Of a DNA stretch of 64,000 nucleotides, positions 1 through 8,998 are shown one piece after another (positions within the stretch are counted from its first letter, which is position 1; the number at the start of each line of letters is the position of its first letter). Source of the DNA: a virus (Duplodnaviria > Heunggongvirae > Uroviricota > Caudoviricetes); the IMG/VR virus record IMGVR_UViG_3300017917_003521; one strand, written 5' to 3'. Under the pieces are notes generated by a model, which saw only the letters and a program-made list of their open reading frames with translations, was not told where the DNA came from and made no database searches. Made by a program: the position numbers and the translations under genes.

Positions 1-1
1 T

Positions 2-943
2 TCTGGTACATCAGGATCAAGTGGTACATCGGGTCTTACTGGATCTACCGGATCTTCAGGAACATCAGGAACAAGTCCTGCCATGGGTTCTTTAAACTAC
101 AGCCAAAACAAAGGTTCAAAAGTAACTGTATTAAACGGTGCTACTGTTCCATATACTGTAATTACAACTTCTATAACTACAAATGGTGGTCCTGTTCAAG
201 TAATTGTTAGTGGTGATGCTAATCCAACCTCAACAGGTGGTTGGGGTAGATTGGCAATTTATAGAGATAATACAAAAGTTGGACAAGAAGTTCAATATGA
301 GTCAAATGGTGGAAATGAGAATAATCCTTACTGTTTGCAAGTAATAGATACACCTTCACAAGGAACTTATATTTACAGCTTAAAGGTTACAGCAATTACA
401 GGTACTGCTGAATTTGGAGAGACTGAAGGTCCGATTATTTCAGTTGTTGAATTACAAAATGTTATAGGTGCTACTGGTGGTAGTGGTAGTTCTGGTACAT
501 CTGGTACTACTCCTACTACAAGTTTATCTTTATCAGAGAATTTAACAGTTAATGGAACTTCTTCATTTAATGGTTTAACTGTTTTACAAGAAGTTACTGA
601 AGTTATAAATTCAACACCTGGTGCTACGGCATCAACAATTGTTTATGATTTCTCATCTGGATCTAATTGGTATCACTCATCCGCTACTACTAACTATACT
701 GCTAATTTTACAAATATTCCAACAACCGATAACAGAGCAACAACTGTAACGATTGTTATAAATCAAGGAGCCACAGCTTATATACCAACTGCTGTTCAAA
801 TAGGTGGTGCTGGTCAAACAATTAAATGGGCTGGTGGTACCGCATCAGGAACAGCAAATCAAGTTGATATAGTTGGATTTACATTTATCAGAAGTGGTGG
901 TTCTTGGGCTCAAGTCTTAGGACAAATAAACACTTTTGATTAA
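2..943 (+). CDS. collagen-like (GSSGTSG triplet repeat) fiber protein, 5' partial (continues upstream of window)
   Basis: The frame is open from the window edge and in frame with the ATG at 83. Translating 2-82 gives SGTSGSSGTSGLTGSTGSSGTSG triplets, with a second GSGSSGTSGTT run mid-protein. The same repeat type occurs in the minus-strand gene 58792-60444. Confidence 0.5.
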   Translation, partial: SGTSGSSGTSGLTGSTGSSGTSGTSPAMGSLNYSQNKGSKVTVLNGATVPYTVITTSITTNGGPVQVIVSGDANPTSTGGWGRLAIYRDNTKVGQEVQYESNGGNENNPYCLQVIDTPSQGTYIYSLKVTAITGTAEFGETEGPIISVVELQNVIGATGGSGSSGTSGTTPTTSLSLSENLTVNGTSSFNGLTVLQEVTEVINSTPGATASTIVYDFSSGSNWYHSSATTNYTANFTNIPTTDNRATTVTIVINQGATAYIPTAVQIGGAGQTIKWAGGTASGTANQVDIVGFTFIRSGGSWAQVLGQINTFD

Positions 944-3014
944 TATGCTAAGTAGATTGTCATCATTCTCTGGACCTTTATCACCAGCTTTTAGAATACC
1001 AATTGGTGGATTTACTACTAATGGACTTATATTGAGATATATTATTGGTGATACTAATTCTTATAATCAAGGAACAAGTTTAACGGATCTACAGGGTAAT
1101 TCTAATGGAACTTTAGTGAATGGTTCAACTTACTCATTAAATGGATATCTTAATTTTGATGGTAGTAATGATTATTTAATGACCAACACATCACTTAATT
1201 CTAAATTATCACCAAACACCTCATCAAATATAATTTCTGTCTTTACTTGGTTTTATCCAGAAGATAATGGTGTTATTGTAACTGAACAGGGAAGTTCATC
1301 TTTAAACAGTGGGTGGCACACATCTATTATTGAGGTGTTATCGAGTCAGTTAAAGTTTTGTTTATGGTCAGACTTAGGAAATCCTATTGGTCATATTATA
1401 ACATATTCAATTTCTCTCTATAATTGGTACTATGTTGGATTAACATATGATGGAACAACATTAAGGGCGTATGTTAATGGTCAAATAGTAGGAACTTCTG
1501 TTTTTACTAGATCTACACCTAATCCAACAAATGGTCTTCATTATGCTATAGCTGCTAATGATTCTACAGATTTAGACGGTCAAGTTTTTTCTGGACCTGG
1601 TGGCACTTATGCTAAAATGAAGTTTGGTGATTTTCATGTTTATAACACAGCTCTTACTCAACAACAAATTCTTAATAATTACAATTATACTAAATCCAAT
1701 TATATTTATACAGGTAGTATGTCTATTTGGATTGATGCAAATGACCCTGAGAGTTTTTCAGGTGGCTTAGTTAATGATTTAAGTGGTAATAACTATAATC
1801 ATACTTTAACATCAGGTGCTACATCATCTACAGTATTTGGTTTCAAATCTTTTGATTGTTCAACTGGTGATAAAAGAATTGTAGTGAATGGCACAGGACC
1901 TACATTACCGACAACCGGATACACATATGTTGTCTGGTCAAGACTTGTAAGTGATAATTTCTCATCATTTAGAACTTTACTTTATACAAATTCACCTAAA
2001 TACACACCTATTACTATTACTAATGGAACAAATACACTGGGATATTGGGACTCATCATTTAGAACTTCTGGATATGGTCTAACATCTTCTGTTGATGTCT
2101 GGGTTCAATATGCTGTTGTTGGAGACAATTCATCACAAACATTCTATATAAACGACACACAGGTAGGAAACACAATTTCTTATGGAGCTGGTGGAACTAC
2201 ACACTGGGGACTAGGTGGTAACGATACAGCTACTCAGCCTTTTGGTTATGTTGGAAATATGATGTTTTATAATAAAAAGCTAACACAGATTGAGATTAAA
2301 CAAAATTATGATGCTCTTAAAAATGTCTATAAGAATGGTGATTTTGTAGTCAATAATTTAAAGCTTTATTTTAATCCTGCTAGTTATCTAAGCTATCCAA
2401 ATTCTGGAACAACTGTTACTGATTTAAGTGGAAATTCTCTAAATGGTACTTTATCAAATGTCACTTTTAATAAAACATATTTTACATTTAACGGTTCTAA
2501 TTCTCAAATTGCTATTACTGACAATGCTTTACTAGAACCGGGTTCGGGAGATTGGACTATGGAGGTTTGGATTAAACCTACATCTCTCTCAGCGGCTGGA
2601 CAAGTGGTTTTAGGTAAGTTTGATCCAGGTGGTCTATCCGCTGATATATCATATGCGATTAGAATTAGTAGTAGTAATATTAGAGCGGATTTTAGTAATG
2701 GGTCTAGCGCTGTAACTACATCTAATTATACTTTATCATTAAACACTTGGATTCACCTAACTTATGTATTTAATAATGTTTTAAATAATAATATAATAAC
2801 ATATATAAATGGTGCTTCATATAGTACCACAACTCATAGCTTTGCTAGTATATTAAATACATCAGCTAATCTTTATTTAGGCTCATATAATAATGGTGAA
2901 TATCCTCAGTATTTTACTGGTCAGATGGGTATAGTAAGATTATATAGTTCTGCTTTAAGTTCTTCAGATGTTTCTAAAAACTTTGAAGCTAATAGAGGTA
3001 TTTACGGAATTTAA
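936..3014 (+). CDS. N/S/T-rich fiber or receptor-binding-like protein with repeated concanavalin A/LamG-like jelly-roll segments
   Basis: 692-aa ORF with repeated motifs 'NFDGSNDYL' and 'FNGSNSQIAITDN...WTMEVWIKP' typical of LamG/ConA-like lectin folds. It overlaps the upstream fiber gene by 8 nt. Confidence 0.5.
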   Translation: MINMLSRLSSFSGPLSPAFRIPIGGFTTNGLILRYIIGDTNSYNQGTSLTDLQGNSNGTLVNGSTYSLNGYLNFDGSNDYLMTNTSLNSKLSPNTSSNIISVFTWFYPEDNGVIVTEQGSSSLNSGWHTSIIEVLSSQLKFCLWSDLGNPIGHIITYSISLYNWYYVGLTYDGTTLRAYVNGQIVGTSVFTRSTPNPTNGLHYAIAANDSTDLDGQVFSGPGGTYAKMKFGDFHVYNTALTQQQILNNYNYTKSNYIYTGSMSIWIDANDPESFSGGLVNDLSGNNYNHTLTSGATSSTVFGFKSFDCSTGDKRIVVNGTGPTLPTTGYTYVVWSRLVSDNFSSFRTLLYTNSPKYTPITITNGTNTLGYWDSSFRTSGYGLTSSVDVWVQYAVVGDNSSQTFYINDTQVGNTISYGAGGTTHWGLGGNDTATQPFGYVGNMMFYNKKLTQIEIKQNYDALKNVYKNGDFVVNNLKLYFNPASYLSYPNSGTTVTDLSGNSLNGTLSNVTFNKTYFTFNGSNSQIAITDNALLEPGSGDWTMEVWIKPTSLSAAGQVVLGKFDPGGLSADISYAIRISSSNIRADFSNGSSAVTTSNYTLSLNTWIHLTYVFNNVLNNNIITYINGASYSTTTHSFASILNTSANLYLGSYNNGEYPQYFTGQMGIVRLYSSALSSSDVSKNFEANRGIYGI

Positions 3015-3032
3015 TAATTTAATATATAGATT

Positions 3033-3998
3033 ATGATTAAAAGATATTTAGACTTTGTAAAAGAAGATTTTAATGGATTTCATTCACTTGGTGAGTGGAT
3101 TGAATCATTGATAGATGATGAGTATGTTAGAAATATAGTAGCTCGTTATACAAAAGATTCAGATGCTTCTATTGACTTATCTAATGCTATTAATATCTTA
3201 GATGATAAGACCAAAAATGAAATTAAATATCAAATTGATAATTACTTACAAAATGGCATTGAAGAGAAAGAACCTCAATTTTTAGTATCTACTGACATTG
3301 AGCAATTAACAGAAGCATTAGCCGATGAAATTACAATTGCTGGTAAAGGTATATTTACATCTTTCTTAAAGTCATTAACCAGTTTGGGTCAGAAAGAAAG
3401 TCAACCTTCCTTTGAAAAATGTCCAGAAGACTTCTTATTATACTATCATTATCCAAATCTTCAATCTGAAGTAGTTAAACAAATATTTTCAAGATTTAAA
3501 TCACTAACAAGATATATTGATTTAGTTGATTATCAAAAAAATGAAGTTGATTTATACTTCGGTGTTAGATGTGATGGTGAGTTTGAGTATGGACTACATT
3601 ATGATAATAATCAACCAATTGGTAGATTCAAATTATCACAGTCTACAATTAAGTGGATTTGCCAATTAGATTCTAAATCAGCTTCTTCTTTAAAAAAAGA
3701 ACTAGTTAATTTAACATATGCTGATATCATAACATTTGGTAAGATTAAATCAGATATGTCTTCATTTCAACCTGGTTATTTTGAAAAGAAATTATCACCA
3801 ACTATAAAAGATAGAGTTATATCTTTTGGATATTACGGTATTGGTAGATGGGATAATGGTAAATTAGACGAAGGTGAGTTTCAGAATATTAAAAATAACT
3901 TCACTACTTGGTTACTTTCTAAGAGATGGGGTAGTAAAGTTTTAATAAGTGTTAAACCAATGTCCTTTTGGGTTTATCTACACATAAAATTAAAATAA
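3033..3998 (+). CDS. hypothetical protein (N-terminal MIKRYLDFVKE motif family)
   Basis: 321-aa ORF. Its N-terminus resembles the K-[KR]-[FY]-x-x-F-[IV]-KE motif shared with the ORFs at 8995-10500(-) and 26168-27097(-). Confidence 0.45.
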   Translation: MIKRYLDFVKEDFNGFHSLGEWIESLIDDEYVRNIVARYTKDSDASIDLSNAINILDDKTKNEIKYQIDNYLQNGIEEKEPQFLVSTDIEQLTEALADEITIAGKGIFTSFLKSLTSLGQKESQPSFEKCPEDFLLYYHYPNLQSEVVKQIFSRFKSLTRYIDLVDYQKNEVDLYFGVRCDGEFEYGLHYDNNQPIGRFKLSQSTIKWICQLDSKSASSLKKELVNLTYADIITFGKIKSDMSSFQPGYFEKKLSPTIKDRVISFGYYGIGRWDNGKLDEGEFQNIKNNFTTWLLSKRWGSKVLISVKPMSFWVYLHIKLK

Positions 3999-4000
3999 CT

Positions 4001-4462
4001 ATGAAACATTTAAAGAAATTTGAAAGTTTAGGACTTATTAAAGATTGGAATTTACTTTTATCTGATGAGGATTTCAAAAAGAATGCTGAGGAGTTTGACA
4101 GTATTGTTGAAGCTTATATTGAATATGCTCAAGAGGGTTATGAAATATCATTTGAAACTGCTTATGGTACAAGAGTAATCATTTCTTGGAATGACTATAA
4201 TAGTAAAAATGAAAAGTATCAAGAATTTATACACGGTCTTGGAGCTAGAGGTTTCTTCTTTACATCAAAGATAAAATTACCTTATGATTATAGTAAACTT
4301 CAATCTCTTTTAGAAGATGTTCAAAGTTGTGTAGATAGATTAAGTGATATGGGTTGGATTTTAGTTGAATTTAAAGTTATTGGAATATCACCTGATAATA
4401 AAATAACACATAGTGAATATAACCCGTCTCATATCAGGGTTGAACATGAATTTAAAAAGTAA
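4001..4462 (+). CDS. hypothetical protein, MKHLKKFESL N-terminal family
   Basis: The track ORF is 3968-4462. The internal ATG at 4001 gives MKHLKKFESLG, matching the N-terminal motif of at least 8 other ORFs, so the start was moved there. Confidence 0.45.
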   Translation: MKHLKKFESLGLIKDWNLLLSDEDFKKNAEEFDSIVEAYIEYAQEGYEISFETAYGTRVIISWNDYNSKNEKYQEFIHGLGARGFFFTSKIKLPYDYSKLQSLLEDVQSCVDRLSDMGWILVEFKVIGISPDNKITHSEYNPSHIRVEHEFKK

Positions 4463-4472
4463 TATATACATT

Positions 4473-4784
4473 ATGAAATACTTAAAGAAATATAATGAAA
4501 ACTCAGAACAACAAGATCCTATTTTTGCTATAACAAAGATTAAGGAAAACTTTAGCAAAGAAGAGGTTCAGGAAATGCTGAATAAAGAAATTGAACAATG
4601 GACACCGGAAGAAAAAGACTTTGATTTTTATACAAGTTCTGGTAATGGCGAAGCTGAAGATGTTATTATAAATCAAATGATTTCTTGGTTTGAGAAAAAG
4701 TATTATTCTCTATCCGATGAAAACTCAGAAGAAGTTAAACAACTGATTCTAAAAGAATATGAGTTTCTAAACTTTAACTATTAA
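4473..4784 (+). CDS. hypothetical protein, MKYLKKYNEN N-terminal family
   Basis: Internal ATG at 4473 of track ORF 4413-4784. The family motif sits at the N-terminus and an intrinsic terminator follows at 4795-4830. Confidence 0.45.
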   Translation: MKYLKKYNENSEQQDPIFAITKIKENFSKEEVQEMLNKEIEQWTPEEKDFDFYTSSGNGEAEDVIINQMISWFEKKYYSLSDENSEEVKQLILKEYEFLNFNY

Positions 4785-4794
4785 ACTATAAACA

Positions 4795-4830
4795 AAAACT
4801 TTTCTATAACAAGAAAAGTTTTTTTTGTTT
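4795..4830 (+). terminator. intrinsic terminator
   Basis: AAAACTTTTC / GAAAAGTTTT 10-bp stem, followed by TTTTTTGTTTTAT. Confidence 0.6.
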
Positions 4831-4831
4831 T

Positions 4832-5302
4832 ATGAAACAGCCAAGTAAAGAAGATTTAATAAAAAAATGGGCACCTATTTTAGGGTCTATGGGTATGACT
4901 GGTTCACAATTAGATAATTTATCACAGTTAGCCGAAAATCAGTCTAATCAAATATTAGAAGAAGAAAATAAAACTGAAGAGTTTCCAAGTTTATTTCCAA
5001 TGGCTATGAAAATCTCAGCAAAAACTATTGGAATGGATTTAGTATCCGTTCAACCAATGACTGGACCAGGTGGAATGTCTGAAGAAGAAAGAAAAAGAAT
5101 TGAAGCTGAAGTTAAACAAGAGAATCGTGATTCTAAAATTGACGCTTTAGTAGAAGGAACTGAATACAATGAAAAGAAAGTAGAAGACCATCCTGATTAT
5201 AGACCTGGTAGTGGCGGTCAATTATTTTATATGGATTATACATATGGTTCCACACATAAGAAAACAAGAAGAAGTAAAAAGAAGAAAAATGGCGGTATTT
5301 AA
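4832..5302 (+). CDS. hypothetical protein
   Basis: 156-aa ORF directly downstream of the terminator at 4795-4830. Confidence 0.4.
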   Translation: MKQPSKEDLIKKWAPILGSMGMTGSQLDNLSQLAENQSNQILEEENKTEEFPSLFPMAMKISAKTIGMDLVSVQPMTGPGGMSEEERKRIEAEVKQENRDSKIDALVEGTEYNEKKVEDHPDYRPGSGGQLFYMDYTYGSTHKKTRRSKKKKNGGI

Positions 5303-5474
5303 GAGTCCGGGCGTTTTTGTCAAAGAAGAAGATATAGATATTGTTTATCCAAGGTTTTCTAAAAGATATACAAGAAGGATAAAAATAGGTAAAATATTTT
5401 ATATAGATGTTCCTAATATTATTATAACTTCTACTCCAAAAGGAGGACCCACAAACTTTCCACAAATCTGGTAA
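5289..5474 (+). CDS. small hypothetical protein (MAVFKSPGVF...)
   Basis: Internal ATG of track ORF 5211-5474. It overlaps the stop of 4832-5302 by 14 nt and fills the gap before 5504. Confidence 0.25.
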   Translation: MAVFKSPGVFVKEEDIDIVYPRFSKRYTRRIKIGKIFYIDVPNIIITSTPKGGPTNFPQIW

Positions 5475-5503
5475 TGAAAACATGATAGAGTAATATATAC
5501 TCT

Positions 5504-5839
5504 ATGATAAATGTTTATTTGATATGCTCCGAATTTGAAGGTAGAAGATTGTACAAGATAGGTTATACGAGAAGAGATGTTTCTAAAAGAATTAAAGAGT
5601 TGAAGACTGGTAATGGTTCAGATCTTTACATAATAGATTCATTTAAGTCAAAATGGGGTACTAAAATAGAGGCTCAGTTACATAGAACATTTAAAAGTAA
5701 AAAAGTCAACGGTGAGTGGTTTGATTTAACAGATGATGATGTTAAATCATTTATGGATAAATGTAAGTCTACTCACGATGTATTAGAAATTATAACAAAC
5801 AATAATACCTACTATATGGAGACTGGACGTTTATTTTAA
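5504..5839 (+). CDS. T5orf172 / MUG113 (GIY-YIG-like) domain protein
   Basis: The segment 'YKIGYTRRDVSKRIKELKTGNGSDLYII...EAQLHRTFKSKKVNGEWFDL' matches the T5orf172 family signature. Confidence 0.5.
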   Translation: MINVYLICSEFEGRRLYKIGYTRRDVSKRIKELKTGNGSDLYIIDSFKSKWGTKIEAQLHRTFKSKKVNGEWFDLTDDDVKSFMDKCKSTHDVLEIITNNNTYYMETGRLF

Positions 5840-5884
5840 ACTAAAAACATCATTTAATATATAAATAAAAAATATTTTTCAAAT

Positions 5885-6154
5885 ATGAGTTCAATGAAAG
5901 AAATGGCAATTAGAGAGTATATCACTAAAGTTGATTTTAAAAATAGTGATTGGAAACTTTCTCAATTAAAAGAAGATATGAGAAAATTTTTAGGTGAAGA
6001 GCCTGGAGTTGATGTCATTTACAAAAAAGATGTTATGGTTAATGAATTTACAGGTGAATCTAAAGAGTTTTTAGATATTGATAAAATACAAATAGTATTT
6101 ACAGATACTGATGATAAATTTAAAAAGATAGAATTCATTTTAGGTGATATTTAA
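5885..6154 (+). CDS. hypothetical protein
   Basis: 89-aa ORF tightly packed in the + block. Confidence 0.4.
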   Translation: MSSMKEMAIREYITKVDFKNSDWKLSQLKEDMRKFLGEEPGVDVIYKKDVMVNEFTGESKEFLDIDKIQIVFTDTDDKFKKIEFILGDI

Positions 6155-6156
6155 TT

Positions 6157-6516
6157 ATGGAAAAAACTAAAATAATAGCTGATATTGTAGACTATCTTGG
6201 TAAATACGAAGATGGTATATTAGTTCTATTGTCTGTTAATTATAATGATATTAGTTTCACAGAAGGAACTTTATATTACTCTGATAAAATGTTGGCTTTA
6301 ACAGTTGACGAATCAATTGAAAATGAAATAGGAAGTCCCATTGAACTTTGGGATGGTTATAGAGAATTACTTGAATCTATACTTAAAAGAGTTGTACCAT
6401 ACAATGAAATTATCAACAGAATGGATGAGATAAATTTATCTCAATATGATATTTCTAAAATAGAATCTAAAGAAGCTGAGGACATAGATGACTCAGATAT
6501 TCAAATTTCAGAATAA
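6157..6516 (+). CDS. hypothetical acidic protein
   Basis: 119-aa ORF starting 3 nt after the previous stop. Confidence 0.4.
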   Translation: MEKTKIIADIVDYLGKYEDGILVLLSVNYNDISFTEGTLYYSDKMLALTVDESIENEIGSPIELWDGYRELLESILKRVVPYNEIINRMDEINLSQYDISKIESKEAEDIDDSDIQISE

Positions 6517-6562
6517 ACCAAACACAGATTATTTGATATAATAAAAAAATAATCTATGTTTA

Positions 6563-8311
6563 ATGCTTATTAGTGAATTAGGAATTAGAGGATTCAAATC
6601 TTATGGAAATAACGAACAAATCTTAAAATTAAATACTGAAAAAGGAGAATTAATTCTTCTTGTTGGAAATAACGGAGCTGGTAAATCTTCTTTGTTAGAT
6701 TCCTTCGATTACACACTTTATGGTAAAGTTAGAGGTCGTAAAAAGAAATGGGCTACTTTATCAACACTACCAAATAGAATTAACGGTGAACTACTTAATA
6801 GAATTAAATTCAATTCTTTAGGTACTGAAGTAGAAGTTAAAAGAGGTATTTCACCTTCTGTTTTGGAACTTATTGAAAATGGAGTTCCAAATGAAAGAGC
6901 CGGTAAAGGAAATATTGACGAAAAGATTGAAAAGTATATCGGTATGGATATCGAGACTTTTAAATCATTTATTTCAATGTCTATTAACGACTTTAAAAAC
7001 TTCATCTCACTTTCAAATGAAGAAAAACAATTACTTCTTGATAAATTATTTAACCTTGAGGTTATCAATATTTTAAATAGTATCTTAAAAGATATTGCTA
7101 AGAATAATAAAACCAAAGCCGCTTCTTTTGATGCTGAAATTAGAACCTTAGATGACTCTATTGCCTCTATTCAAAGGTCTATTGATAAAGCTATTGAAAG
7201 ACAAAAAGAAGAAGCCAGACTGGCTTTAGAACGTGAAAAAGAAGATATTCAATCTGAGATTGATAGAATCACAAATGAGATGAATTCCAGAAAAGATGAT
7301 TATAAGTCTTTGAAGGAAAAAATGGATAAAATAAAAGAAAAAGATTCTGAATTAGTTGAAGAGTTAGATAAAGAGAAAAGACAACTCATCAACTGTCAAA
7401 ATGATATTAAGAATGTTCAAAGAGAGTTAGACTTATATGATTCTGGTAAATGTCCAACTTGTAAAACAGATTTTGATTCGGTTCACTTTGCTAATTTAAG
7501 AACAGCTTTAGAAGAAAAAAAATTAGGCTTTGAAAATATTAAAGCTGAGATTGAAGCTAATGTTACTAAAGTAAGAGAAAGACAAACTAAGTTAAAATCT
7601 TTATCAGAAACTACAACAACAGCTTTTAATGATTTAAGTTATTTGTTGAAAAATTATAAATCAGAGATTGATAAATTAACTCAAAAGAAAGCTACTCAAA
7701 CAGTTCCTGTTAATACTACACCTTCAGTTAACATTCAAGAGTTTCAAGATACAATTGAAGAGCTTAAAGAAAAGAAAGTAGTTAGTACTGATAAAATTAC
7801 TGAATGTAAAGAAAAAGAACTTTATTATAAAGAGTTGAATAGAATCTTTGGTGAAGATGGTGTTAAGAAGTCAATTATTGCTGGTATTATCAAGCCAATT
7901 AATCACTTTATTGCTGAGAATATTAAAAAGATGGGATTGCCATTTGAGGTAAAACTAGACGAGACTTTTACGGCAGAGATTAAACAATTAGGTTCTCAAA
8001 TTGAACACGATTCTTTATCAACTGGTGAAACTAAGAAAGTAAACATTAGTATCTTAATTGCTTACTTGAAATTGATTAGAACTAAACGACATATCAATAT
8101 TTTGTTCTTAGACGAGGTTTTTTCATCGATAGATATCGAAGGTATAGATTCTATTTTGACACTCTTAAAATCGTTTGCAAACGATTACAACATTAATATT
8201 TTTGTTGTTCACCATGCTATTTTGAATCAAGAGATGTTTGATAGAATATTGAAGATTAATAAAGAAGTATTCTCATCAATTGAAGAAGTTAATTTAGACT
8301 ATGGATCTTGA
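6563..8311 (+). CDS. Rad50/SbcC-like ATPase (P-loop, coiled coil, CxxC zinc hook)
   Basis: N-terminal Walker A 'LLVGNNGAGKSSL', a long coiled-coil middle, 'CPTCKTDF' at the coil apex, and a C-terminal 'ILFLDEVFSSIDIEG' D-loop/Walker B. Confidence 0.6.
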   Translation: MLISELGIRGFKSYGNNEQILKLNTEKGELILLVGNNGAGKSSLLDSFDYTLYGKVRGRKKKWATLSTLPNRINGELLNRIKFNSLGTEVEVKRGISPSVLELIENGVPNERAGKGNIDEKIEKYIGMDIETFKSFISMSINDFKNFISLSNEEKQLLLDKLFNLEVINILNSILKDIAKNNKTKAASFDAEIRTLDDSIASIQRSIDKAIERQKEEARLALEREKEDIQSEIDRITNEMNSRKDDYKSLKEKMDKIKEKDSELVEELDKEKRQLINCQNDIKNVQRELDLYDSGKCPTCKTDFDSVHFANLRTALEEKKLGFENIKAEIEANVTKVRERQTKLKSLSETTTTAFNDLSYLLKNYKSEIDKLTQKKATQTVPVNTTPSVNIQEFQDTIEELKEKKVVSTDKITECKEKELYYKELNRIFGEDGVKKSIIAGIIKPINHFIAENIKKMGLPFEVKLDETFTAEIKQLGSQIEHDSLSTGETKKVNISILIAYLKLIRTKRHINILFLDEVFSSIDIEGIDSILTLLKSFANDYNINIFVVHHAILNQEMFDRILKINKEVFSSIEEVNLDYGS

Positions 8312-8591
8312 TAATTTAATAATTGAGTATTTGAATCTGAGATTAGAAAAGGTTAGGTCTGTTAAAAGGCAAAGTTGGCAAGTAGCTGCAGAGATTAGAG
8401 ATAAAGAGCGCCTGAAATCAAAAGAAATATGGCAAATCTTAGCTCCAGGTGGTGAGTTTGTTGATTGGAATACTTGTGATAAAATCATAGATGATTATTG
8501 CTTACAAGTTTATAATTGTAGTACATATGATTATTCACTTTGTGTAAAATCTATAGAAAGAGTGAAAAAGTTAAGAGAGCTAGGTATATGA
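8301..8591 (+). CDS. hypothetical protein
   Basis: 96-aa ORF overlapping the upstream stop. Confidence 0.35.
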   Translation: MDLDNLIIEYLNLRLEKVRSVKRQSWQVAAEIRDKERLKSKEIWQILAPGGEFVDWNTCDKIIDDYCLQVYNCSTYDYSLCVKSIERVKKLRELGI

Positions 8592-8998
8592 TTTTAATTA
8601 TAGATGAAAAGATTATTGGAGAAGTAAACAAGGTTTTATTAACATCAACACTTGGTGATAATTATGTTACAGTTATTGTTAGTTGTGATGATAGTAAAAA
8701 ATTTTTCCTTGATTGGTTAGATTTTTATTCTAAACAACCTGCTAATGTATTTGATGAAAAAACACTCATTATATATGATGAAGTTTATGATAACTTAATA
8801 ACAATATATGACTCTTATATTAAAGAGATTTTGAAATCTTATACAGATTGGTTTGGTAAAAAATTTGATAACATGTTTGAAATACATGTTGGTTACAAAG
8901 ACTTTGAAGAAAAAAAACCCAGAGGTGAATCTGAGTTTTATAAAAATATCTATAAATCTTATTTAAGAGATAAAAAAATCAATCAAATCATAAATTAA
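8588..8998 (+). CDS. hypothetical protein
   Basis: Internal ATG (MILIIDEK) of track ORF 8540-8998, overlapping the upstream stop by 4 nt (ATGA). Confidence 0.4.
   Translation: MILIIDEKIIGEVNKVLLTSTLGDNYVTVIVSCDDSKKFFLDWLDFYSKQPANVFDEKTLIIYDEVYDNLITIYDSYIKEILKSYTDWFGKKFDNMFEIHVGYKDFEEKKPRGESEFYKNIYKSYLRDKKINQIIN

Noticed and set aside
4832-5474. Programmed ribosomal frameshift joining ORF 4832-5302 to ORF 5211-5474 across an A-rich stretch
   Set aside because: The downstream frame is +1 relative to the upstream one, not -1. No slippery heptamer or pseudoknot is evident. An ordinary small gene starting at ATG 5289 explains the overlap.
6718-7116. Antisense and same-strand alternative-frame ORFs inside large genes (e.g. 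6718-7116, 13681-13917, 15136-15387, 32410-32613, 40853-41059, 41386-41646, 49540-49827, 50587-50907, 53997-54320)
   Set aside because: They are embedded in longer ORFs with recognisable domains or better coding context. Their products are low-complexity and hydrophobic, and they show AT-bias artefacts.
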